Shown here piece after piece: positions 9,534 through 17,110 of a DNA stretch of 64,000 nucleotides. A model generated the notes under the pieces. The model searched no databases. It saw only the letters and a list, made by a program, of their open reading frames with translations, and was not told where the DNA came from. Made by a program: the position numbers and the translations under genes. The DNA is from a virus (Duplodnaviria; Caudoviricetes). The first letter of the stretch is position 1; each line of letters begins with the position of its first letter. The stretch covers positions 1 through 64,000 of IMG/VR virus record IMGVR_UViG_3300033068_001704; one strand, given 5' to 3'.

Positions 9534-9605
9534 GCCGAGTTAGCTCAGCGGAAGAGCAGCGGGTTCTTAACCCGACGGTCGAGGGTTCGATCCCCTCACT
9601 CGGCA
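9534..9605 (+). tRNA. tRNA-Lys(CTT)
   Basis: cloverleaf, loop TTCTTAA. Confidence 0.9.
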
Positions 9606-9676
9606 TCGGGGTTCGTCTAACGGCAAGACGACGGTCTCTGGAACCGTCTATCGGGGTTCGAATCCCTGACCCCGAA
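9606..9676 (+). tRNA. tRNA-Gln(CTG)
   Basis: cloverleaf, loop CTCTGGA. Confidence 0.9.
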
Positions 9677-9827
9677 CTTCGGTGAGCACCCCCAGGGGCT
9701 CCCCGGTTTCAGGTTCCCTGACAACTGAATAGGATTCCTTCAAGGCAGCTCTCCAAAGGGCTGCTGGTCGAGATCTGAGCTGGCGTACCGGGAAACCGGA
9801 CGGGTGGTTCAGGGGCTCGACCTACAT

Positions 9828-9899
9828 TCCAGGATAGCTCAGCGGTAGAGCGCTCGGCTGTTAACCGAGATGTCGCAGGTTCGATCCCTGCTCCTGGAG
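9828..9899 (+). tRNA. tRNA-Asn(GTT)
   Basis: cloverleaf, loop CTGTTAA. Confidence 0.92.
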
Positions 9900-10026
9900 C
9901 TAGAGTGGGGGCTGTAGAGAAGCGCGGAGAGTTGTAGCTGTGGATCGCCAGGGGTGACCTGGAAGGATCAGGCGAAATCACGCGCTCTACTGCCTCAACT
10001 CGCCAACGTTCGGTTCGGTTCGCGTA

Positions 10027-10099
10027 TACGTCGGGTGCATGGGCACAGGCAGGCCTCCAAAACCAGCTCTGGGTTGGGTTCGATTCCCCCACGACGTGT
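10027..10099 (+). tRNA. tRNA-Trp(CCA), atypical
   Basis: loop CTCCAAA, T-loop GTTCGATT; mismatched anticodon stem and short D-arm. Confidence 0.6.
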
Positions 10100-10198
10100 A
10101 GATCTGAAAGCAGTGGGGGCAAGCGCCGGGGAGATGTCCTCGGAAGCACCCCTGCCAAGCGTCGGATCGAAAGGGCCTGGAGACATCCAGGTCTGATT

Positions 10199-10273
10199 GC
10201 CTTCACGGTCCAGTCTGGAGTGGACGCCTGGTTGTCAACCAGGAGATCGCGGGTTCAAATCCCGCTGGGGGCG
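10199..10273 (+). tRNA. tRNA-Asp(GTC)
   Basis: CCTGG-TTGTCAA-CCAGG. Confidence 0.9.
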
Positions 10274-10289
10274 CTGTTCCTGTTCGCAC

Positions 10290-10362
10290 GCCGCGATAGC
10301 TCAGTCGGTAGAGCGCTCGTTTGAAAAGCGGGAGGCCACTGGTTCAAATCCAGTTCGCGGCA
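10290..10362 (+). tRNA. tRNA-Phe(GAA)
   Basis: cloverleaf, loop TTGAAAA. Confidence 0.9.
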
Positions 10363-10509
10363 TAGGCCCTCCCCTCGGTCGCTCCGAGGGCACAAAGGCT
10401 GAACTCGGCGGTCGCGCTGCCGAGAGGGTTGAGAGTCGGTAATCCCGCGCTGGCGGGGAATCCGACCTGGGCGGAGCCGGCGCGTCGTCTCCGTCCGCAA
10501 CCCACCAAC

Positions 10510-10582
10510 GGGTCTGTAGCTCAGTTGGGAGAGCGTCCGGTTCGCAATCGGAAGGTCAGGGGTTCGACTCCCCTCAGATCCA
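10510..10582 (+). tRNA. tRNA-Ala(CGC)
   Basis: loop TTCGCAA, G3-U70. Confidence 0.9.
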
Positions 10583-10598
10583 CTCTTCTCGTCACCAT

Positions 10599-10672
10599 GT
10601 CCTCGTCGTCTAGCTGGCCCAGGACGGCGGCCTCTCACGTCGCAAACCGGGGTTCGAATCCCCGCGGGGACG
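10599..10672 (+). tRNA. tRNA-Glu(CTC)
   Basis: loop CTCTCAC. Confidence 0.9.
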
Positions 10673-10736
10673 CTTCTTTTCTTGTTCTCTCTCGCTCCGA
10701 CCGCCGAACACCGGGCTCGTGCCGGTCGGACGCGGT

Positions 10737-10809
10737 GCCCTCGTAGCTCAGTGGATAGAGCGCTCGTTTCCTAAACGGGATGTCGCTGGTTCGAGTCCAG
10801 CCGAGGGCG
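10737..10809 (+). tRNA. tRNA-Arg(CCT)
   Basis: loop TTCCTAA. Confidence 0.9.
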
Positions 10810-10812
10810 TGT

Positions 10813-10884
10813 GGTGGCCGTAGTGTAGTGGAAGCACGCGGGATTGTGGCTCCCGTAGCGCCAGTTCGAGCCTGGTCGGTCACC
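10813..10884 (+). tRNA. tRNA-His(GTG)
   Basis: loop TTGTGGC, G-1:C73. Confidence 0.9.
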
Positions 10885-10922
10885 CTCGTTCGATGAAGCT
10901 TCATGCGGGGCGTAACGGTCGG

Positions 10923-11339
10923 ATGGACAAGTACGATGACGAGGCGTACCGCAAGATCGTTGACACCTTCAAGTACCTCAACTGGACCTGCGTCCATGGG
11001 CACGTGAACGGAGATGCCATTCCTGGCCCAGATGAGGGGATCACGCACTTCACCAAGATGTGCGCGGTCTGCGGGGCACCTCGTCGGAAGAGGAAGCTCT
11101 ACAAGACGAGGGACTCGAACTCGGTCGTCCGCATCAGGTGCGACGTGGGCTTCGATTCTGACATCCAGGTCCTGAAGGACGGACGAGACCGCGGCTTCTG
11201 GGTGAAGACCCGCTCCGTTTCATGGGGCGGTGAGAGTGCTCGCGAGGATGAGGCAGCGGTCCTCCTCGAATGGTCGAAGTTGAGGAAGTTCCTCGCTGCG
11301 ATCACGAAAGCGCTGGAGAAGAAGAGATCGGATACCTGA
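10923..11339 (+). CDS. hypothetical protein with Cys/His motifs
   Basis: ORF 10893..11339; ATG 10923 lies 7 nt after GCGTAA motif. Confidence 0.6.
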   Translation: MDKYDDEAYRKIVDTFKYLNWTCVHGHVNGDAIPGPDEGITHFTKMCAVCGAPRRKRKLYKTRDSNSVVRIRCDVGFDSDIQVLKDGRDRGFWVKTRSVSWGGESAREDEAAVLLEWSKLRKFLAAITKALEKKRSDT

Positions 11340-11341
11340 AC

Positions 11342-11415
11342 GGGGCGGAAGTGACTTGGTTGTTCTAGCACGCCTGATACGCGAGCTGCGGTGGGTTCGA
11401 AACCCACCCGCCCCA
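11342..11415 (+). tRNA. tRNA-Ile(GAT), atypical D-arm
   Basis: GGGGCGG/CCGCCCC acceptor, loop CTGATAC, GTTCGA T-loop. Confidence 0.6.
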
Positions 11416-11559
11416 TCGTGAGACCGTCTGTTTGGCGAACGGGGCCGCAGACCTCTGAGCATGCCCCCGCGCTGCGGGGGAGACACCGGGATCGCCGCCC
11501 GGACACGTTCTGCGGACGTGATGGTGCAACACCCAGAGGCAGACGGCTCTCACGAACAT

Positions 11560-11631
11560 CGTCTCGTAGCTCAGGGGAAGAGCGCCGGCTCGACACGCCG
11601 GAGGCCGTGGGTTCGAAACCCACCGGGACGA
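11560..11631 (+). tRNA. tRNA-Val(GAC)
   Basis: CCGGC-TCGACAC-GCCGG. Confidence 0.88.
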
Positions 11632-11675
11632 CTTCGATTCAGCTTCGTTTCCCCTGTTATAGGGCCATCGGGTAG

Positions 11676-11930
11676 ATGGAAAACCTCCGCTCCAAGCTCA
11701 TCCGCCTCGCCCACGCAAACCCCGAGTTCCGGAAGGACATTCTCCCCCTCGTCTCGAAGACGGCGGACGAGACCGTCTACCAGGTTCGGGATCTCAAGGG
11801 AGAGCTGATCATCTGGGAGGTCCCCAAGGGCTCGCACGCCCAGAAGGTGAAGACCCCGAAGCTGGTCGAGGAGTTCCCGTCTCGTGGGGCCGCGAAGAGC
11901 TTCATCCTGAAGGGACGCGAGAAGGCGTAA
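11676..11930 (+). CDS. small protein with N-terminal LAHxNP tag
   Basis: MENLRSKLIRLAHANPEFRKDILPLVSKTA. Confidence 0.75.
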   Translation: MENLRSKLIRLAHANPEFRKDILPLVSKTADETVYQVRDLKGELIIWEVPKGSHAQKVKTPKLVEEFPSRGAAKSFILKGREKA

Positions 11931-12075
11931 GGTAGGGGATGCGAAAGCTGCACGTCCTCCTCACCCAACCTCGGGCCGTGCTGAGATTCTTCCTTCTCAC
12001 CCGCCCGATGCCTCTCTTCGTGTTCCGTGCCCTCGCGCCTCTGGCGGGAGTGCGACCTGACCTGTTCGAGAACGA

Positions 12076-12148
12076 GGGTCCGTAGCTCACCTGGGAGAGC
12101 GCCTGCATGGCATGCAGGAGGTAGTCGGTTCGAGTCCGACCGGATCCA
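12076..12148 (+). tRNA. tRNA-Ala(GGC)
   Basis: CCTGC-ATGGCAT-GCAGG, G3-U70. Confidence 0.9.
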
Positions 12149-12374
12149 GTGGCCGAAAGGCCTGACATCTTCCCCTCCGTGCCGTCAGGGAGGGATCGGA
12201 GTATAGAGACCCCCACCTTCGTGGTGGGCTAGGCCACTCACTGACGGCAACCAACAATCCTGCGGTAGGGGCGGGTCACCGCACGTCGTTTCCCTACCGG
12301 GTTCTCACCGTTCGCCGACAACAGGATAGGAGGCGATGAACGGGGGGGACGATCCCATGAATGCGGTGAATCTC

Positions 12375-12448
12375 GGGTCCTTAGCTCAGTTTGGGAGAGC
12401 GGCGGCTTTGCAAGCCGTAGGTCGTCGGTTCGATCCCGACAGGATCCA
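12375..12448 (+). tRNA. tRNA-Ala(TGC)
   Basis: loop TTTGCAA, G3-U70. Confidence 0.92.
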
Positions 12449-12460
12449 CTTCTAGTTCAC

Positions 12461-12533
12461 GCCCCCATAGCTCAGTTGGAAGAGCGCGCGCTTGGTATGT
12501 GCGAGGTCGCCGGTTCAACCCCGGCTGAGGGCT
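12461..12533 (+). tRNA. tRNA-Thr(GGT)
   Basis: loop TTGGTAT. Confidence 0.88.
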
Positions 12534-12729
12534 CTTGTTCGTGGCTCCACTCTCTGCTTCGGCACGAAGGTCGGGATAAGTCCCGGCAACGCAAACCCCT
12601 CGGGAAACCGGGGTGTTAGGCGTGGGCTGCGAGCGCATCATCTACCTCACCGGGCGTGGTGAGATCGGTCGCAGGACCGAGCCCTCGGTAGGGGGTGTGT
12701 GCCTACGGGACGCCTTCCCTTGGGTAGCT

Positions 12730-12802
12730 GCGACCATCGCCTAGTGGAATGGCACCTGGCTTCCAACCAGGAACAACGCGGGTTCGAACCCCGCTGGTCG
12801 CT
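12730..12802 (+). tRNA. tRNA-Gly(TCC)
   Basis: CCTGG-CTTCCAA-CCAGG. Confidence 0.9.
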
Positions 12803-12821
12803 CTCGGGCGTAAGATTGGGG

Positions 12822-13175
12822 ATGGACCCCTTCCGAACGTTCACCAAGATGAGCTGCTTGGGTTGCTCTTCGCCCCTCTTGTCCGAGGGGCCTTGCTCAT
12901 CGTGTGGGTTGAAGGCCAACCCGAGTCTCGATCAGGACAACGTCTCGATCGAGACCAACTCCCTCGAACTCCGAGTTCTTCTGTACTGGGCCCTGAGGGG
13001 GGCCGATGCCTCTGCTGCCTCTGGGGACAAGCAGGGGGTGGAGACGCAAGGGGTGTGTGAGGCGATTGCCTCTCGGTTCGAGGCTCAGCTCGGTCGTCCT
13101 CTCTCGGACGATCGGGAGTACAGACAGCGAATCGTCGGGGGGAACCCCCTGTACGATGTACCTCCGCGGGTGTAG
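12822..13175 (+). CDS. hypothetical zinc-ribbon protein (CxxC...CxxC)
   Basis: ATG 8 nt after GCGTAA; 3' end overlaps next tRNA. Confidence 0.5.
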   Translation: MDPFRTFTKMSCLGCSSPLLSEGPCSSCGLKANPSLDQDNVSIETNSLELRVLLYWALRGADASAASGDKQGVETQGVCEAIASRFEAQLGRPLSDDREYRQRIVGGNPLYDVPPRV

Positions 13176-13237
13176 CTCAGCGGCAGAGCATCTGCTTCCC
13201 AAGCAGAAAGTCGTCGGTTCGATCCCGATCACCCGCT
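13166..13237 (+). tRNA. tRNA-Gly(CCC)
   Basis: TCTGC-TTCCCAA-GCAGA. Confidence 0.92.
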
Positions 13238-13255
13238 CTCACAGTTCAGTTCTTC

Positions 13256-13415
13256 GGGGACCTAGCATATCAGGAAGTGCTTCTGCCGGTTTGCACCCGG
13301 TGGGTGTCGGAAGCGGCAGGGAAGGGACGGAGGGGTAGCTGCCCGAGTTCATCCAGGTCGGCAAGACATAACGCCCGTGTAGGGCGTGGTTTGGGTTCAA
13401 TTCCCAAGGTCTCCA
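13256..13415 (+). ncRNA. oversized tRNA-Ala-like RNA (160 nt)
   Basis: GGGGACC/GGTCTCC-A acceptor with G3-U70, T-arm TTGGG-TTCAATT-CCCAA, TGC loop, ~89-nt variable region. Confidence 0.6.
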
Positions 13416-13418
13416 TAC

Positions 13419-13489
13419 GGCGCGGTCTTCTTGGGAAGGACGCCGATTGCAACCCGGCGAAGGATTGGGTTCGAATCCCTCTCGCGCCT
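13419..13489 (+). tRNA. tRNA-Cys(GCA)
   Basis: loop TTGCAAC, U73, short D-arm. Confidence 0.8.
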
Positions 13490-13498
13490 CTCGTTCCT

Positions 13499-13572
13499 GT
13501 CCCTGTAGCTCAGTCGGATAGAGCGCTTGCCTTCTAAGCAGGATGTCGGTGGTTCGATCCCACCCGGGGACG
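13499..13572 (+). tRNA. tRNA-Arg(TCT)
   Basis: loop CTTCTAA. Confidence 0.9.
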
Positions 13573-13823
13573 TTGGAGGTTCTGGTGGGTCAGCATCGAG
13601 CAGCGCTTCGAGCGAAGCGGTGGAGAAGGCGGGAAGAGCGTCGGGCTCAACGCCAACGGCTCATCAAGTTCATGACGGGACCGATCCGGTCCCTGTTCGG
13701 GTACGCGGCGGTTGGGCGGTCCATCTTCACGGTCACCCCGATCCCCGAAGACTGATGCGGACCTGCCACGTGTAGGAACCGTTACGGGTTCGTTCGCCCT
13801 CGGGGGGGCGGACCCAGCTACTT

Positions 13824-13897
13824 GTCCGCGAAGCTCAACTGGATGAGCGCCCGGCTACGGACCGGGAGGTTGGCGGGTTCGACTCCCTCCGCGGACG
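13824..13897 (+). tRNA. tRNA-Arg(ACG)
   Basis: CCCGG-CTACGGA-CCGGG. Confidence 0.9.
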
Positions 13898-14026
13898 CTT
13901 CACTTCGTGTCGCTGCATCTCCCGTAGAGCGTGAAGATGATGGCGAACACGAGCACGATCCTGAGTCCTTGGCGCATCAGATGGGTGTGACCTGGAACGG
14001 GCGTGCAAGCCAACCGAAGTTGGTTG

Positions 14027-14098
14027 GTCCTCGTAGCTCAGAGGAAGAGCACTGGTTTCCGAAGCCAGGTGTCGCAGGTTCGATTCCTGCCGGGGACG
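14027..14098 (+). tRNA. tRNA-Arg(CCG)
   Basis: loop TTCCGAA. Confidence 0.9.
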
Positions 14099-14112
14099 CT
14101 GTTACGAAATGA

Positions 14113-14188
14113 CGCGGAGTGGGGGAGCAAGGTCGTCCCCGCTGGGCTCATAACCCGGAGATCGCAGGTTCAAATCCTGTCTCCGCAA
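14113..14188 (+). tRNA. initiator tRNA-fMet(CAT)
   Basis: C1:A72 mismatch, three consecutive G-C pairs in anticodon stem. Confidence 0.9.
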
Positions 14189-14316
14189 GGACGGAAGCCG
14201 GACGGATAACGACCCCCAAAGGTTGCCGTCGGGTCCCCGTGGTCTGGTGCGCGCCACGTAGAAGGGTCTCTGCGAGTAGCTCCGGAGCGAGTCGCAGAGA
14301 GCGCACTTTCCAACAA

Positions 14317-14388
14317 CCCTCCGCCCAGTGTGTTCTGGCGGCATCCTTCATACGGGTGACTTCGTCGGTTCGATTCCGACCGGAGGGA
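14317..14388 (+). tRNA. tRNA(CAT), elongator Met or Ile2, atypical D-arm
   Basis: CCCTCCG/CGGAGGG acceptor, loop TTCATAC, GTTCGA T-loop. Confidence 0.65.
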
Positions 14389-14569
14389 TAGCTGAATCGC
14401 ACCAGGGGTTCGTGGGCAGGCCGCCGCGAAGCTCGGGACGAGGAGGTGCAATCGTACTCAGGCCGCTGACGACAAGTCAGGGGGGAGCCGTACAAGACGG
14501 CGTAGACGGGCGGGGAGCCCGGACCTGTGTGGATGTCGGTGAAAGACCGACCGAGTAGTACGATGACAT

Positions 14570-14641
14570 CGGGGTGTAGCGAAGTGGTATCGCGCTCGGT
14601 TCGGGACCGAGAGATCACAGGTTCGATCCCTGTTACCCCGA
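14570..14641 (+). tRNA. tRNA-Pro(CGG)
   Basis: CTCGG-TTCGGGA-CCGAG. Confidence 0.9.
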
Positions 14642-14647
14642 CTTCTT

Positions 14648-14719
14648 GCACGAATAGCTCAGCGGCAGAGCAGCGGTTTTACACATCGCCGGTCGGGGGT
14701 TCGATCCCCTCTTCGTGCA
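14648..14719 (+). tRNA. tRNA-Val(TAC)
   Basis: loop TTTACAC. Confidence 0.9.
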
Positions 14720-14816
14720 CAACGCCCTCGGGGGGAGAACCCCAGGGGGCGTCCAGCGCGGAGGCGCAACTCTTTCGGGGGAGGACCCCGAGAGTCGCCT
14801 TCGGTTCTGGACAAAC

Positions 14817-14897
14817 GGGGACGTGGTGTAATGGCAGCCACGCCAGACTAAGGATCTGGTGCGTAACAGCGTGTGGGTTCGACTCCCACCGTCCCCA
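14817..14897 (+). tRNA. tRNA-Leu(AAG)
   Basis: CCAGA-CTAAGGA-TCTGG, long variable arm, A73. Confidence 0.85.
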
Positions 14898-14920
14898 CTG
14901 TTCGAGTTCGAGACCCCATT

Positions 14921-15006
14921 GCCGGGGTGGTGGAATTGGCAGACACACTGGTTTCAGAAATCAGCGGCCCTTCGTGGTCATGGGGGTTCGACTCCCCCCT
15001 CCGGCA
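14921..15006 (+). tRNA. tRNA-Leu(CAG)
   Basis: loop TTCAGAA, long variable arm. Confidence 0.9.
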
Positions 15007-15067
15007 CTTCTCGGGACCTCCCCGAGGACTTCTCAATCAGGGAAGGATAGTAGAGACTGAGGCACCT

Positions 15068-15149
15068 GCGGGACTGGTGGAACTGGCAGACACACCGGCT
15101 TCAAACCCCGGCGATTTCGATCATGGGGGTTCGACTCCCCCGTCCCGCA
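15068..15149 (+). tRNA. tRNA-Leu(CAA)
   Basis: loop TTCAAAC, long variable arm. Confidence 0.88.
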
Positions 15150-15170
15150 CACAGCAGAAAATAGGGCACC

Positions 15171-15701
15171 ATGCAGAACACTCTCGTCTTGGACCAGGGG
15201 TACCAACCCCACAGGGTCGTGTCTTGGCAACGGGCTGTCATGATGTGGTGGGACGGCAAGGTCGAGGTCGTCTCGGAGTACGACGAGGACATCCGGTCGG
15301 TCTCGATGACGATCAAGATGCCCGCGGTCGTCCGCTTGCTCCACCGCGTTCGTGGTCGTCGTCAGGCCGTGAAGTTCAGCCGTCTGAACGTCGCGACCCG
15401 CGATGACTTCCGGTGCCAGTATTGCGGGGACTCGCTCCCGCTCTCGAAGCTCACGTACGACCACGTTGTTCCGCGCTCCAAGGGCGGGCGGACGGTGTGG
15501 GAGAACATCGTGATGGCTTGCTACGGGTGCAACGAGACGAAGTCGAACCGGACGCCTGAGCAGGCGGGGATGAAGCTGCGCAAGCAGCCCGTCAAGCCGG
15601 CTCACCTGCCGGTCGTCACGTTCCGGTTCAACACCGGATCGATCCCGGATGCCTGGGCGTCTTGGATCTACTGGAACGGGGCTCTCGAAGAGGGCTCCTG
15701 A
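15171..15701 (+). CDS. HNH endonuclease (McrA-like)
   Basis: RDDFRCQYCG...TYDHVVPRSKGG...WENIVMACYGCNETK. Confidence 0.92.
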   Translation: MQNTLVLDQGYQPHRVVSWQRAVMMWWDGKVEVVSEYDEDIRSVSMTIKMPAVVRLLHRVRGRRQAVKFSRLNVATRDDFRCQYCGDSLPLSKLTYDHVVPRSKGGRTVWENIVMACYGCNETKSNRTPEQAGMKLRKQPVKPAHLPVVTFRFNTGSIPDAWASWIYWNGALEEGS

Positions 15702-15768
15702 GGTCTTCCCCCCGAGCTGCCGTGTCGCCCTACTCGGCGCTCGGGGGGACGTCTCGAACGCAGATTCT

Positions 15769-15840
15769 CGGGGTGTGGCGAAGTGGTATCGCACTCGGCT
15801 GGGGGCCGAGGGATCGCAGGTTCGAACCCTGTCACCCCGA
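15769..15840 (+). tRNA. tRNA-Pro(GGG)
   Basis: CTCGG-CTGGGGG-CCGAG. Confidence 0.9.
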
Positions 15841-15845
15841 TTCGT

Positions 15846-15931
15846 GGAGGGCTAGCCTAATGGCAAGGCACCGGCTTTGAACACCGGCGTGGGTGTAACA
15901 GCCCTTGGGGGTTCGAGTCCCTCGCTCTCCG
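15846..15931 (+). tRNA. tRNA-Ser(TGA)
   Basis: loop TTTGAAC, long variable arm, G73. Confidence 0.88.
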
Positions 15932-15941
15932 TAGAGTGCGT

Positions 15942-16115
15942 ATGAGCAACAAGCCGGTTAGGAAACTCGACCTCCTTCGTGATTGCAACGACCAAGGGGT
16001 CGCTCCGAAGGACTTCATGGCGACCTTCTGTCAGCGGTGTCGCAATCCTGAGTGCGTCAACGCTGAGTGGGCGGGCTCCGGTCGGAAGGGGGATCGCCTG
16101 GGATCTCTCCGTTAG
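15942..16115 (+). CDS. small Cys-containing protein (57 aa)
   Basis: MSNKPVRK...FCQRCRNPEC; below ORF track cutoff, read manually. Confidence 0.45.
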   Translation: MSNKPVRKLDLLRDCNDQGVAPKDFMATFCQRCRNPECVNAEWAGSGRKGDRLGSLR

Positions 16116-16139
16116 AAAGTCTCTCCAAGGTCGAGATGT

Positions 16140-16352
16140 ATGAGGCTCCCGCGAGACCGAGAGAAGTTGCTCCTCGAAGGCAAGTCGATGAACCGGGCTG
16201 AGGTCTTCCTGAACGGGAAGCTCATGAGCCGCGTTTCGGAGGTCGATGACGAGGAGAACTGGGTCGAGGTCAAGAAGACCTCAGGCGGCGCCGTCTTCTC
16301 CGAGCGCAAACACGGGAAGGTGAAGATCACCTTCCCCTCGAACGAGGCCTGA
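16140..16352 (+). CDS. small hypothetical protein
   Basis: 70-aa ORF. Confidence 0.55.
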   Translation: MRLPRDREKLLLEGKSMNRAEVFLNGKLMSRVSEVDDEENWVEVKKTSGGAVFSERKHGKVKITFPSNEA

Positions 16353-16427
16353 ACACATGAACACCACGTCGAGGAAGGGGGCCGTCTTCTAGGTTCCCGG
16401 GGACTCACTCCCCGGGCCAGGAGACAC

Positions 16428-16601
16428 ATGGCCCGTACGAAGTTCCGACCGAAGCGCAGGCCGTATCTGAAAGAGGATACGTCCTTCCGACGGATCTCGA
16501 TCCGACGCTGGAAGGCGCGCTGCCGCCAGGCGGCCCGCAACCACGACTGGGAGGCCTTCCCGATCCCGTTCAAGGGGACGGAGGGGTGGGACTCATGGTG
16601 A
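16428..16601 (+). CDS. small Arg-rich basic protein (57 aa)
   Basis: AGGAG SD; MARTKFRPKRRPY...GWDSW; read manually. Confidence 0.6.
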   Translation: MARTKFRPKRRPYLKEDTSFRRISIRRWKARCRQAARNHDWEAFPIPFKGTEGWDSW

Positions 16602-16807
16602 GTCCCCGCTGGGTCAAGGCGATCGAGAGTCGCCTTGGACGTCGCTCCCCCAAGCGCATGCCGACGAAGCACCTCTCGACTTCGATCTGGTACGACTGGC
16701 CGTACGCTGGACCCTCTCCGGGTCGGCAGCTCCGGGAGTTCGTGAAGTCGGCCAGGAAGAAGGAAGCGCGAGAGGCTTGGCGCATCGAGCGTCTCGACGA
16801 TGAGTAG
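16598..16807 (+). CDS. small basic protein
   Basis: GTGA overlap with previous ORF. Confidence 0.5.
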   Translation: MSPRWVKAIESRLGRRSPKRMPTKHLSTSIWYDWPYAGPSPGRQLREFVKSARKKEAREAWRIERLDDE

Positions 16808-17110
16808 AGTGAGCTGCGGGACGCCCTGACGGGGAACAGCCGTCGCCGGACTACATCCGGAACCCCACGGCGCTGCGTGCTAGCCGCAGAGCACGTACGT
16901 GGGGGCGCGAGTGGGAAGCTCGACGTCCCGTACAACAAGTTCGTGCTGGAAGGAAAGCGGTAGCTCCGCACAAGCTCCAGCACCGCGTCACCTCCTACCC
17001 TAGAGGTGTAACCGCGCGTGTAACAGCCCGGGGGGCCCCCCGATGCCGGCGTCGGTTCGCTGGTTGGGTGGACCACCCCCCGGGTGACTGGGTTCAAGAA
17101 GGAGGGCGAC

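Noticed and set aside
13256-13415. Canonical tmRNA (ssrA)
   Set aside because: At 160 nt it is far shorter than typical tmRNA, no tag reading frame ending in a hydrophobic AA-type tail was seen, and it retains an anticodon-like arm; kept as tRNA-like RNA instead.
14466-14550. Hammerhead ribozyme (CTGACGA ... GAAA)
   Set aside because: CTGAC is paired in a local hairpin and GAAAG is a hairpin loop; the three-stem core geometry is not met.
9245-15406. Many track ORFs overlapping tRNA genes (GFEP/GIEP/GSNP-containing peptides)
   Set aside because: Translations of tRNA T-arms; spurious.
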